From Octopus sinensis (Eukaryota): 64,000 nucleotides of DNA. Under the pieces are notes generated by a model. That model made no database searches. It saw nothing but the letters and a program-made list of their open reading frames with translations, and had not been told where the DNA came from. Positions 50,861 to 63,609 of this stretch are shown piece by piece (positions within the stretch are counted from its first letter, which is position 1; each line of letters starts with the position of its first letter). The position numbers were made by a program, and so were the translations under genes. Location: NCBI RefSeq assembly GCF_006345805.1, contig NC_042997.1, positions 119,784,001 to 119,848,000 on the forward strand, in the 5' to 3' direction.

Positions 50861-51734
50861 ATGCTGTTTTTGCCAAAATTTCAAACAAGTCATGCTCTCA
50901 AATTTATTACAAATCAAATGAATCATACAACCTTCAGGAACTTAATTTAAGGAAAGTGTCAACTCTGACATTATGATGGACTGAAATTATATGATTTAAA
51001 TGAATTCTTACACATCAGAAAGTTTTATGATTTACTGAATGGCGAATGTCAAGTTGAAGGCGAGCAAATTGATATTTGTTGCTGAAGTAATTATTGAACT
51101 AGTATACTTGAAATTGTATCCTACAAACCCTAAGTAGATATAAAATGATAGTCTTCGCTACACATAATCTTTCGTCCTGAACTATTTTACAGCTCTTTTT
51201 TATGTGCAATTTATTCATTTCTTTATCAGAAATAACAAATGTATTTGAATATTTTCTATTATAAGATATCAAATTGCATTCATACATTTTAATGAAATAT
51301 TTACTAATTAAATGCATGATGGACTTAATATAAACACTTTACATTAATATAACGTGTATTTCATAGCAACATTAGGACGATTTACAATGGCTATCACAAT
51401 CTCACTATTGATGTAATTATAGTAGATAATTTAAAATATTTTATGTCGAAACCATTAAAGTAAAATCTAAATAATTTAAGCGTCTAACGAGACAGAAATA
51501 AAAAAGTACCCCAGTAGATGTCACATAAGCTTAGCAGTGTGTCATATTATGATAAGACCTACGTGTACATTCATTTACATCTTTATTTTTAAACATTTGT
51601 AAGGATTTTACCTTATTAAATGTTCAAGAACAATAAAAATGATGACAGCAGTAATAACAACAACAGCAACAACAACAATGATGAGAATAATAATCCTTTT
51701 TACTTGAGGAAAAGGACAGGAATTTTGTAGGGAG

Positions 51735-51789
51735 GTAGTAGTGGTAGTAGTAGTAGTAGTAGTGGTAGTGATAGTAGTAGTAGTGGTAA

Positions 51790-51826
<37 letters not shown>

Positions 51827-51857
51827 CGGGTAGATTGATAGATTGATAGATAGATTA

Positions 51858-51892
<35 letters not shown>

Positions 51893-51904
51893 CATAGATA
51901 AATT

Positions 51905-51976
<72 letters not shown>
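51735..51976. repeat. (TAG)n followed by (GATA)n microsatellite
   Basis: Directly visible; (GATA)n 51831-51976 abuts the Tx1 3' end. Confidence 0.95.
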
Positions 51977-52329
51977 TGTTTCTTTATTAGCCACACAGGG
52001 CTGCACACAGATAGAACAAATTACAAGGTAGAGCTTTTCTTTTGGGGGTAAAAAAAAGAGAGTGGTGGTTTTCGATCAAAAGGGATCGTAAAAGGAAAGA
52101 AAAAGGACAAAAAAGGGAGGGGGTAAAAAAGGGGGGGAGAAAAAATGAATAATAGGGATCGTTATCACAGAAATGTCAATATGAAGTGTAAAGGGGAGGA
52201 CAGGTGAGGTTTACCCGTGGAAAGAAAAGCCTACGGAAAAGACCACGGTAACCTCGGTCAATGAAGTCACATGTTATATTTCTTTCTTTTTTTTTTGCAA
52301 ATAAGCAACTCTCTGTATTAATTTTTATG

Positions 52330-55300
52330 GTTCATAGAATCATAGTCAAGGTGGCTTCGTCATTCATACGTGCCATCCTTGCTACATTCACCCATCTTTT
52401 TTTAAAACATTCACTAGACAAAACTTGCCTCTCTACTCTCACTTTCCTCTTCAAGTGATACTTGAAGAAGTTGATGAGAGATTGACCAGAGAGGAAAGTG
52501 TTTGTCTCTAACCCTTTCAGGCGCGTCCACCAGATACATTCTTTCGCCATAGCCACAAGTATGATAAAAATAGCTCTTCCTTCCCGTTTGAAGGAAGGAG
52601 GCGTGACGATATTAACGATAGACTCGGCTGATAGATCTCGGGCAGGTCGGCCCCGTGTTTCTCGAGCCATGCCTATAGAGATTACCCCGAACGGGTAGCG
52701 CTTCTCGGTAGCACCGCCAGGCCAGGAATCTCTGGAAGTTGTCCATAGGTCCCGGGCCGAAAGTCGTTTGAAACAGGCGGGTCAGGTATTCCTCGTCGAC
52801 GCCCAGGTTTGCCCCGAGCTCGTCGTCGTACGTCCCCTCCACTAATCCCCTATAGAATGTTTTGGTTGTGTTGAAGTCACTCAAGGTCGACCCGGGACGG
52901 CAGATTTGCTTGAGAGCAACGCGACACTCGCGGTGCCATTCGCCCTTCCTCGGCCTCTTTTTGATCCACGACTGTAGTTCGGTCATGGAGACGAGTTGCG
53001 GGAATGCGTGCCTCACAAACGGCGACCACACCTGTTCACCGTCGTCTACATAGAGCCGGAGATGTCGCAGTCTCAGCGCGTGTCTGCGCATCATCAACCA
53101 CGGCATGCCCAGCCCTCCTTTTAACGGGTGTTGACAGCAAATGGATCGCCTGACCATCGGGACGCATCCTTTCCACAAGAGGCGGAAGAGGATGCGTTCT
53201 AGTTTGGTGATGGTAGGGTCGGGACAAGGTACGACGGTCAGGCGGTAGTAGATGATGGACGCGATGTACGCGTTCACCACCTCCGCCCGACCTTTTAGGA
53301 CAGTTTCCTCTCGGCCCATTGCTGGGCGAGAGTGACCACCCTACTCGTTATCTCGTTCCAGTTCTTCTCCATTTGGAGGTCCGGACCGAACCAGACCCCG
53401 AGCAACTCAACCGGGCCGTCTGTCCAGCGTCCCACGACGGAGGTACTGGTGGACGGCATGGGCTTGCTTCTCTAGGTGCCGAGCCGCAAGCCCACTGACT
53501 TTTTCCGGTTGATTTTTGCTCCTGTCACCGCTTCGTAGTCTTTCAGTGTCTCGCCGACCCGCTCGATGTGCTCGTGGCTTGACACTATGACGGTGACGTC
53601 GTCCGCGTATGCAGACACGCTCGTCCCGCATCCCAATTCTCGCGGGATGCCACTTAGAGTCGCCAGCTTCCGCAGTAGTGGCTCAAGAGTCAATACGTAT
53701 AGAAGCGCCGAGAGGACCGAACGTGCAATGTCGAAAGGTCTCGATAGATGTCCATTTTACGCGAATTACCGAACGGATGCCTCTGTACAAGGCAGCTATC
53801 CAGCCGCGGAAGACGGGACCGAAACCAGCCGCTCTCAGGACTGCCTCCAAGTATCGATGGTCTACCCTATCAAAGGCTTTCGATTGATCCAAGTTGATCA
53901 GGGCCCCACCCATGCCAGGTTCGTTAACTACCCTGTCTATGATGTAGCGCATCAGATGGAGGTTGTCATGGATGTTCCGGCCCGGCACGGCGCACGTTTG
54001 TGCGTTGTCGACCAGTTTCTCGATGACAAGCGCCAACCTCTTGGCTAACACCTTTGTCAAAATTTTCAGGTCTGCATTGAGCAGCGTGATTGGTCTAAAG
54101 TTATCTATAATGTTTCCCTTGTTTGGATCTTTCTTCAGCAGAGTTACAGCTCCTCGACTCACAAAACCGGGTATGCTCCCGTTTTGCTGCCAGTTGCAGT
54201 ATACCGCTGCCAAGACGTCTCCAAACAAGTCTGGCATACAATTGTAAAACTCGTAGGGTAGACCATCCAAACCCGGTGATTTGTCCCTCGAGCATTCTGC
54301 TATCGCTTCCTGCACTTCCGCCGCCGTGATGGCACCTTCGCAGCACCCTGCCTTTCTTGTCGAGAGTCGTGGCAGGCTATGTAGGTAGGCACTGAAGTCC
54401 AAACTACGTTCTTGCCCTCCACTCGTCCCGACCAGTCGGGCAAAATGCTGCTGAAAGGCCTCACACATTTTACTTGGCTCGAGCAATTCGCGCCCCTGTT
54501 CATCTACCAGTGACCGAATGGTGGCTTTGTTGCCCTGTTGCGCCTCTGCCACCCGGGCCTCTCTCGCGGCTCCAACACCTTCGTTCCTTAGAGCACGCAA
54601 CCTAGCTCTGACAGCACATCCTTCGTGTTTGGCGTTGAAGTGTTGGTCGAGGGCCAACCTCGCCGCCAAAACGTCGGATGCGATGCCGCTTCTAATTGCC
54701 GCTTCTAGCTTCTTAACTAGCTCACCCTCTACTCTATTTCTATCTATGGCTAGTGCTTTGCTGTACCTAATCGCTTCTGCTTTTACTGCTCTCTTGAGGG
54801 CAAACCACCATTTGTTGTTGATGATGGCTCCCGTCAAAGCCCTCTTTACTAGTGTACTAATCAGGTCTCTGAAAACTTGTCTGGACGGGAATGAGGCGTT
54901 CAGTTTCCAGTACCCAGGACCCTGTCTATGTGCCTTATCTAAGTCTAGCGTACACGTCACCAATTTGTGATCCGTGTAGCTGACTGTGTGGAATTGTGGA
55001 CATCCTAAGTTATCCTTGTCTACTGTCTTACACAGTATCCTATCTAGATACGATCTCGACGACCTACTGCGGTTGCTCCATGTCCACGTTGGTGCATTTG
55101 GGTGGCCGAGTCGGTACCTGTCAGACAGTTGGAATCGTCTGAGCAGGTCTCTGAGGCATTTGCATCCCCTTCTGTTTCTGTCTCTACCCACGTAGTCTAC
55201 ATGCGTGTCCAAGGTAGCATTCCAATCCCCCACTAAGAGTAAAGGACGAGACGTTCCCAAGAATACTTCTAGACGTCGAAAGAAATCCGCCCGACCTGTT

Positions 55301-55680
55301 AAGGGCGGTGCGTAGACTGATACGAGTCGAAAAGCGCACCCATTGCTGCCGTCAACATCCAGAACGATCAGTCTACCCTCCGGGTCTACGAATATCGTCT
55401 TGACTTCGAGATCCAGGCTCTTGTGAAAAAGTACCGCGGTGCCAATACCGCCCATCCTCGGCAGACAGGGAGCGAAATAAGTGTTAAACTGTCCGCCAAA
55501 CATAGACTTTAGGGCCCGTGGCTCGTGGAGTCTGGTCTCACTTATGGCTATGATTCCCAAATCATGTGACTTGATGTCATTTAGGAGGTATCCTTGTTTC
55601 CAAGGAGACCCCAAGCCACGCGTATTCACACAACCAATCTTGACCATGATTCTATTGGGGGTGTGTGCTTTAAAACACAC
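52330..55680 (-). pseudogene. Tx1 ORF2 (APE endonuclease + RT), frameshifted
   Basis: CVNTRG, SETRL, VYAP, GDWNA, YLDRI, TDH; KSPGLDGLP, FRPITLLNADLKIL, DQSKAFDRV, AYADD; frameshift near 53755, partial deletion of the QG motif, in-frame stops downstream. Confidence 0.9.
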
Positions 55681-55698
55681 AAATGAAAGTACAGAGAG

Positions 55699-57804
55699 TT
55701 ACTTACTTGTGTCGAAAGTTTTGGCTTCCTCGTTCTTTGATGTGTCTTCGAGGAGGTTTTTATATAGTTTTTGGGACAGATATTTCTGGAGACCCCCTAC
55801 AGCATTTGGGAAGAGGGCTTTGAGTTTGTGGTGTTGTGTTTGTGTGATGTGTAGTATGTTGATGTGTTTGGGTGGTGTAGTGCGTGGATGATTGCTATTT
55901 TTAAAGTCATCTTCACAAATGTTTGTGTATCCTGTGATGTACTCCATTAGTTTGGAGTCTTTGGTGTCTATCGCTGATAGCATTGTTTTTGTGGTGTTGG
56001 TGCTTGTTTTGTTGTGTATGGAGTTTTCAGGGTTCAGGTATCTCCCTGCTTTGGTTGCGATTTCTTGTTGGTTTTTCTTGATCTTTTTCTTTTACCCCCT
56101 GTGGCTATTTGCCATTCTGTCGAACTTTCATCGTTAGATGAAAAGTCTGACGAATCAGCAGGGGGCAAGGGTAAAGCGTCTGGGTGTGTTTGTGCGGTTG
56201 TAGATATTGTTGTGGTGCGCGGGGAGGGTGTTGCTGGGGGGTTTGTTGTGGTTATTGTCTCTCCTACATCCTTGGTGCTTGTCTTCTTCGTTGTTATTCT
56301 TGGTGTTGGAATTGGTTTATTTGTTGTTGGTGGTGATTATTCTGTTCTTGGCGCTGGTGTTGGTGTTGTTTGGTTGGGTTGGCTTGTTCTTTGTTGTTTT
56401 TCCTGCATTTCCGCATACCGCTTCTTGACTAGCTGTCCATATTTTGGTGTGGGCAATAATGCTGGCTTTTGTGATTTTTCCTGTGGCTGTTGTTGTTGTT
56501 GTAATTTTGCGGCAGATTTGCACTCCTTTTTGAGGTGTGCCTCACTGCCACATGTATAGCATCGTGGCCTTCTGCCCTCGACTACTACGTATAACTTGCG
56601 GCCATCCTCAAGATGTACGTGGGTGGGGATTTTATTTATGTCCTCTTGACTTATGTGGAAGAGGAACTCTATTCTCTTTCCCAGCCAGTCCTTGTTTTCC
56701 GAAACACCGATATCTAGGATGTTTAAGTCCTCCATTTCGGATGTTAAGACGGATGTTATCCACAGTGTTGTAGTCACTTGGGGGACACCACTGATAATGA
56801 CCTTCGTCACCTTCTGGCCGAGGTAACTCGGTGTCATCGTTAGTTCATCAGAATGAAGGGTTATCGTTGAGAATTTCTTCGCCAACTCTTCATTCTGAAA
56901 AACCACCTGTACGTGTGCGAACTTGTTCGCCCAAGTCACACAATCCTTGTATCCCCAGATGGGGCGTAAGCACTTTTCGACTTTGTCTGTGCCTGCCTTT
57001 TCTGGACTTTTAGTTTTTTTATTTGTGATTTTATATACAATTGTCTTTTTTTTTCTCCTCATTCAGTATGTGTTGAGGTATGTGTAAGAGTATTTTTCCG
57101 TTTTCATTTGTAATAAGGTTTCTGCAATCTTTAATCTGTTGTGTAGTAAACGAAACTTTTGTTACCTTTTCTTTTATCGCCTCGGCGAAGTTTGTTGTTG
57201 TTTTGTTATTGTTGTTACTGCCGGTGGTGTTGGTGTTGATGGCAGGGGTGTGGGTTGTAGGTTTGTGGTTGCTGATTATGCAACTAGCAAGGGGTGGAAA
57301 ATTGCCTGCGTAATTTAGTCCTGCATTAGCGCAAATTTCGGCATTTCGTTTGCTTGTCGTCGTTATTTTTTCACTTGTTGGTGATGGAGTGAGCAGTGGT
57401 TGAAGGGAATTGTTGTCGTCGTCGTTGTTGTTGTTGTTGTTGTTATTGTCGTTCTTGGTGACGGCGGTGGTGTTAGTGGTATTAGTAGCATTGACGGCAC
57501 GGTCTTTGGTGGCGGTGATGGTGATGTTGGTATTGTTATTGGTGGCGATGTCTTTAGTAGGGATAGCAGTTTTAGTAGCAGATTCTGCCACGGTGTTGTT
57601 GTCGGTGTTGGTGGTGGACTCATTGATGGTGTTGACGGTGCTTGGCCTTGCGACCTTTGTTTTGTATTTGTTGCTGTTGTCGATGTTGATGGTGGTGGAG
57701 GTGGTGTTGTTGTCAGGTTTAGCGTATGCTAACAGAGCATCCTGTTTTTCTGTCTCTGCGTCACGCTTAACTTGCACCTCAGCCTCGTGGTGACCAGTGG
57801 CCAT
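55699..57804 (-). pseudogene. Tx1 ORF1 (gag-like, zinc knuckle), broken
   Basis: ORFs 57031-57804 (Thr/Asn-rich), 56337-57062 (RCYTCGSEAHLKKEC CCHC) and 55699-55983. Confidence 0.75.
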
Positions 57805-57861
57805 TTTGGAAGTTAAAATGGCTAAATTAAACCACGAAGGCTATGAGAATTTAGTTATTTT

Positions 57862-57920
<59 letters not shown>

Positions 57921-57989
57921 TCGGTCCTTGGGCTATTCCCGACGAGAAATATAACTGAAACTAACAAGATTATTTGGGCTGCAGCTATG

Positions 57990-59100
57990 TGTGCTTCAAG
58001 TGAAGTTGGATACAAAAGAAACGAACAAACAGAATGTAATGAACCATACTGCCGTTGACGAATTTCTGAGAAACAAAATTAAAAAGATATTTAGGACAAG
58101 CTGATAGATTGAGTAGAAGGGAATTGTAGAACAAAAATATAAGAATAATGCTGGAAAAACATATAGAATAGGAAATAAAGGTTATGATGCGATATTGGAA
58201 GAATCGAAACAAAGAGTAGTAGCAATCAAAGAAAAACTGGAAAGAAATGGTAATAGGAAATCCACACAACACAGATTGTTTGAAGCAAATCAGAAGATTG
58301 GCAAATACACGTAACAATGATACCAGATGCAGAAGAAAGCAAGGCATTCTGGAGAGGGATCTGGGACCAAACTGTAAAGCATTACGATAAAGGGGAGTGA
58401 CTTCATGAAATCCAAGAGAAGTGAAGAAATATACAAGTCCAAGAAGACATACAGATAACCACAGAATGATAAAAAAAGTAGTTAAGAAGATTACCAACTT
58501 GGAGGAACTCAGGACCATGAGAGAGCTTCATGAAACGATAGCACGACAGCTAGATGAGTGGTTGCAGGAAGGCACAGTACCCAGCTGGATAACAAAGGGA
58601 AAGACATTGTTACGTGCCAAGAAACCTGAAAAGGGAAATGTAGCATCCAACTTTATACCAATAACGTGCCTTCCACTAATGTGAAATCTAATGTCAGGTG
58701 GTTTGGTCGGTGAACTGTACATACACTTGGAAAAAAGTGCGCTACTAGCCTTTGAATAGAAAGGGTGCCGAAAAAGGAGCAGGGGGAAGAAGGTTCAGCT
58801 CTTAATTGATATTCTAATTGTCAGGAACTGCAAGAGAAGGCATACACACCTTAGTATGGCACGGATTGACTATCGCAAAGCATATGATTTGATACCACAC
58901 TCCTGGTTAATAAGAACAATGGAAATGTATGTTGTATAAGAGAATATGCGAAGCTTTAAATGGAATAGCATGAAATACTGGCTGACGGAATTGACAGTGG
59001 GGTAGCAAGTACTAAGAGATGAGAACACCAAGATATGATTCTTTCATGGTGACAACGTGTTCCCACTGATATTTGTGCTGGGAGTGATCCCTTGAGCAAA
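57990..59100 (+). mobile_element. R4/Dong-like RLE LINE fragment (second subfamily)
   Basis: [70 protein letters not shown]. Confidence 0.75.
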
Positions 59101-59311
59101 ATTCTACAGATTGGGCTTGAGTATTCGAGAGACAGCCGAGGCCTTCACAATCCGGCAGGCAACGTCGCGTTCTGCGTCATGAAAGTTGGCCACAATGTTG
59201 CCCAAATAAGTGAACTCACTTTCCTTCATTTTGTGCTGTACAATCATGAAAGGGACGCCATTATTGTTCCCATCTGTATGTATGTTTGTATGTATATATA
59301 TATATATATAA

Positions 59312-59694
59312 ATCTAAGATAGGATTAAAATTTTTCGAAAAAATGTTATCAATGACTAGCAAAAAAATACCTTTAACGGTTAAATTTATAAACAACTTAT
59401 AAACAAAGTAAAAAAAAAACTAGACACATCATCTATAACCATATAATTCATCACTATAAGCACGCGTCTCGAAGAAAGCTGACAAAAATGTCTAAAAAAT
59501 TCCGTTAATATCATATTAGACCCGATTTCAGAGTTAATTCATAAGAACCTTCTCTTCGTCAATGATAAATGCGGTAAAGAAATAAATGAAATACTTACCT
59601 ATACCCATGGCAGAAGCAAATACTAAATCATGAGCACAACTAAGTACATCAAATATATCCAAAGTAGAAATTCTCCAGCCCATTCGAGACACGT
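59312..59694 (-). mobile_element. Retrozyme-like non-coding HHR unit, copy A (permuted)
   Basis: Homologous to 61708-62250 but in rotated order; HHR 59514-59567 with C3U and one stem I mismatch. Confidence 0.8.
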
Positions 59695-59819
59695 TATTTT
59701 AAAAACCCATTATTTATGAGGTGAACCAATATATATATATATATATTATATATATATATATATACATATTAATATATGTATATATATATATATATATACA
59801 TATTAATATATGTATATAT

Positions 59820-60554
59820 AAAGTTAATCCAAACAAGACAGCACAAAAAAACACAACAATGCGAGGACGTGGAACAAATATAGTATTATTGGACGCTCAG
59901 GAAAGAAGGAAAGAAGGAGGGTTTAATGTTTCGAGCAGAGCTCTTCGTCGAAAACATAGGAGAAGGAAAGATCCGGAGAAGGGAAGACAGAGGGAAAAAA
60001 TCGCCAACGGTACACACGAGGTCATATTTTGAAACACCGTAAGGAAATGTGTGAAGAAAGATGTTTTGAAAGACAGGAGAGTAGTATTGTCAAAGACAGG
60101 AGAATGGTAGAGGAGGAGGAATGTGTGTGTAAGTGTGGTTATGTGCGTGCGCGGAGGTCTGGGCGTGCGTGTGTGTGTATGTGTGTATGTGTGCAATGAT
60201 GTACGTGTGTGTGTGCGTGTGTGTGTATGTGTGTGTGGTTGTGGCTGTTAAACAAAGCGTGTTTGTAGGGGTAGTAGTGTGAAGGTCGAGGAAGAGGGAG
60301 TGGTGCCTTTTGTCTCTACCGCAGGTTCGTACTGCTACTTTGAAGTATGTGTATGTGTGCGTGTATGTGTGTGTTTTGTTTGTAGTGTGCGCGTGTGTGT
60401 GTGTGTATGTGTAGGTGGCGAATAACTGTGCTTTACTTAGTGTATGTGTACGTGTGTGCTTGTACGTGAGTATGTGTGTATACATGTATCTATAATTGTG
60501 TGCGTGTATGTATAATTGTGTGCCGTGTGTATGGGATGTATGTGTGGGTTCATT

Positions 60555-60585
<31 letters not shown>

Positions 60586-61110
60586 GCGTGTAGTTGGGTG
60601 AGCGTGTACGTGTGCATTTGTATGTGTGTGTGTTAGCGTATATGGGTGTATATACGTGTATCCATGGGGTTATGAGTTTTGGGTGTGTGCATTCGTGTGC
60701 ATGTGTGCGTGCGTATGTGTGCGCATGCTTTTTTGTGCGTGTGTGTGTGTCTGTGTCTATATGTGTATACGTATGTGTATGTGTGTGCGCGCGTGTAGGC
60801 ATATATTGTGTGTATGTATATGTATCGGTGTGTATGTGAATTTGTGTATGCGTGTGGGTGTGGTTTTTTTTTTTAGTTTTGTGGGCGTAATGTGAGTGCG
60901 TGAGCTTGTGTGTGTGTGTACGCTTACGTGCGTGTATGTGCGTGTGTGTCTGTGCCCATGTGTGTATTAGTGTGTGCGTATCTGTATGAGCATTGTTTGT
61001 TGGAGGTATATGTGGGCATCTGTGCTGGTGTGTGTGTATGTACGTGTGTATATGTGTGCGTGTATTGTGTGCGTATGTACGTGCGTGTATGTGTATGTGC
61101 GTGCGTGTGA
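59820..61110 (-). mobile_element. PLE-like 3' region: AC-rich tract plus family II HHR repeat
   Basis: HHR relic 59921-59954: GTTT-CGACGA-A-GAGC tct GCTC-GAAA-CA-TT-AAAC; upstream 1 kb (CA)-rich tract. Confidence 0.55.
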
Positions 61111-61271
61111 CCGTGGAGATGTATATATATATATATATATATATAGTAGGTTATTTAGTTTAAGGTAAATGTTTTATCGTATCTTTAATTTTTTTCTATA
61201 TAGTATGATTTAAGTATATCGTTGTTGAATCGCTTAATGGTGGTTTTCTCTAATTTGTGTGTATATTTATG

Positions 61272-61315
<44 letters not shown>

Positions 61316-61555
61316 CACTCGTACATGTATGTATATATGTGTCTCAGTGTGTGTGTATGTGCGTCACTTCCATTATAGCTTTGAAAAATAACTGTTAAAA
61401 CTGAACAGCACTCTTCTAAAACTTGCACTAAGAAGAGGTTCAAGGAAAATAATTACCTGCATTTATCGCAAGTTGATGCAATAAGTTTATCCCGTTCTTC
61501 TCCGACGCTTAGTTCATGCAATTTCAAAGACCGCATTATTTCTGGGATGATCCAA

Positions 61556-61687
61556 TATAGGAGTGGCAGTGTGGTAAGTAGATTGCTTACTAACCACATG
61601 GTTCCGGGTTCAGTCCCACTGCATGGCACCTTGGGCAAGTGTCTTCTACAATAGTCTCGGGCCGACCAAAGACTTGCGAGTGGATTT
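61556..61687 (+). mobile_element. SINE family B, truncated, within duplicated block
   Basis: Near-identical to the first part of 63096-63455. Confidence 0.85.
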
Positions 61688-61707
61688 ATATATAACGTCC
61701 ATAACGT

Positions 61708-62250
61708 TGTGTCTGGTTTCGGCGTATTTGGCATTAGAAATTATTTCTTTTGCTCTTGTTTATAAGGTGTTTATAAATTTAACCGTTAAAGGTATTTTTT
61801 AATATGCTGGCCATTGATATACTTTATTTCGAAAGATTTTATCCTATATTAGATGTAAATTTATTAGTTTTCTCTTCCGGACTCACACTCTATGAGAGTT
61901 TTCAGTTCGAATCGCACGTTCTCGAATGGGCTGGAGAATTTCCATTTTGGATATATTTGGGGTACTTAGTTGTGCTCATGATTTAGTGTTTCCTTCTTCC
62001 ATGGGTATAGGTAAGTATTTCATTTATTTCTTTGCCGCGTTTATCACTGACGAAGAGAAGGGTGTTATGAATTAACTCTGAAATCGGGTCTGATATGATA
62101 ATAACGGAATTTTTTAGAAATTTCTGTCGGCTTTATTCGTGATGCGTGTTTATAGTGATGACTTATATGGTTATGGGCGATGTGTCTAGTTTCGGCATAT
62201 TTGGCATTAGAATTTTTTTAATTTTGTCCTTGTTTATGAGTTGTATATCT
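61708..62250 (+). mobile_element. Retrozyme-like non-coding HHR unit, copy B (~473-nt monomer + ~65-nt terminal redundancy)
   Basis: Direct repeat TGTGTCT.GTTTCGGC.TATTTGGCATTAGAA at 61708 and 62181; one HHR per unit. Confidence 0.8.
62042..62095 (+). ncRNA. Type I hammerhead ribozyme, complete core
   Basis: TATCA-CTGACGA-AGAG..CTCT-GAAA-T cgg G-TC-TGATA; stem I extendable via CGTT/AACG across a 7-nt bulge; predicted cleavage after C62090. Confidence 0.8.
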
Positions 62251-62519
62251 ATATGTATTTATATATATATATATATAAACACAAAAACACACACACTAAG
62301 ATACATATATACGTACATTTCTCAATATATATATATATATATATGTTGGTTCCCCCCCACAAATAATGTTTTTTTTTTTCATATTTCTTTTATGTTTCAA
62401 AATTACGATATAAACAATGTTTTTTTAAATCTAAAAATATACTCCCTTGCATATCCTGTAATGCTGTGCCATCTGCCTGGTAGATTGCAATACCCTCTTC
62501 CAAAATTCACATGTCTGTG

Positions 62520-62890
62520 ACGTAAAATATTCCTTTACGACTGTTCTTGCCACCTCACCAGGATTCATATTATTTCCGTCCAAAGAATTTTTAAGACTGC
62601 GGAATAAATGTTAATGAGATGGGCCAATGTCCAGTGAATATGGTGGATGGGGCATCGTTCCCCATTGAAGCTTCTCCAGCTTTTGGAATATCATCCTTGC
62701 TGTATGTGGCCGAACAACATCCTGATGGACGAACACCTTTCGTTTTGAACCCAAAGATGACCATTTTCCTTCTAGCGCCGACTTCCGCCGCTCAAGATCC
62801 TCGCAGTAGATCTCCTTCGCTATCGTTTGGTTTGGGTTTGAATGTTCGAAATGGACTAAACCTTTCATATCCACTGTTGCCTTTATTAAA
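62520..62890 (-). mobile_element. mariner fragment
   Basis: ..EIYCEDLER...VFVHQDVVRPHTAR...WGTMPHPPYSLDIGPS = HDNARPH / HPPYSPDLAP motifs. Confidence 0.85.
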
Positions 62891-63095
62891 TTGAAAAAGC
62901 AAAATATGCTGAATATGCCCCACTGTCACTTCCATTATAGCTTTGAAAAGTAACTGTTAAAACTAAACAGTACTCTTCTAAAACTTATCATTACCTGCAT
63001 TTATAGCAAGTTGATGCAATAAGTTTATCCCGTTCTTCTCCGACGCTTAGTTCATGGAATTTCAAAGACCGCATTATTTCTAGGATGATCCAATA

Positions 63096-63251
63096 TAGGA
63101 GTGGCAGTGTGGTAAGTAGATTGCTTACCAACCACATGGTTCCGGGTTCAGTCCCACTGCATGGCACCTTGGGCAAGCGTCTTCTACTATAGTCTCGGGC
63201 CGACCAAAGCCTTGTGAGTGGATTTGGTAGATGGAATCTGAATGAAGCCTG

Positions 63252-63289
<38 letters not shown>

Positions 63290-63455
63290 TATATAATGGT
63301 GTGTTTAAGTCCACGTAACTTAGTGGTACGTCAAAAAAGACGGATAGACTAAGTAATAGGCTTACGAAATTACGTTCTGGGATCGATTTGCTCGACTAAG
63401 GCGGTGCTCCAGCATCGCCTCAGTCAAATGACTGAAACAAGTAAAAGAGTAAAGA
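63096..63455 (+). mobile_element. SINE family B
   Basis: Homologous to 7459-7880. Confidence 0.85.
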
Positions 63456-63470
63456 GTGTGTGTGTGTGTG

Positions 63471-63511
<41 letters not shown>

Positions 63512-63609
63512 TATATATATATATATATATATTATATAATTTTGGAAAATTATCAATTACACCAAGTAGTCTTCGGCATGTAAAAGCCCATTCGAGGAAA
63601 ATTTAAGTA

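Larger units (their letters stand above)
51977..57861 (-). mobile_element. Full-length Tx1/L1-clade LINE (~5.9 kb), decayed, inserted in (GATA)n
   Basis: ORF1 region with CCHC knuckle, ORF2 with APE + RT; (GATA)n on both sides (51831-51976, 57862-57920); tail GCAGCCCTGTGTGGCTAATAAAGAAACA. Confidence 0.9.

Noticed and set aside
57080-57793. Plus-strand Val/Leu-rich ORFs that look like membrane proteins
   Set aside because: Antisense to the Thr/Asn-rich Tx1 ORF1.
59312-62250. The two inverted retrozyme-like copies as TIRs of one 2.9-kb composite element
   Set aside because: They are different permutations with non-matching outer ends and substantial divergence; independent insertions are more likely.
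63421-63447. Family B SINE tail AGTC-aaat-GACT-GAAAC-AA-GTA as the 3' half of a hammerhead
   Set aside because: No CUGANGA upstream in any copy; more simply a LINE-type 3' recognition stem-loop.
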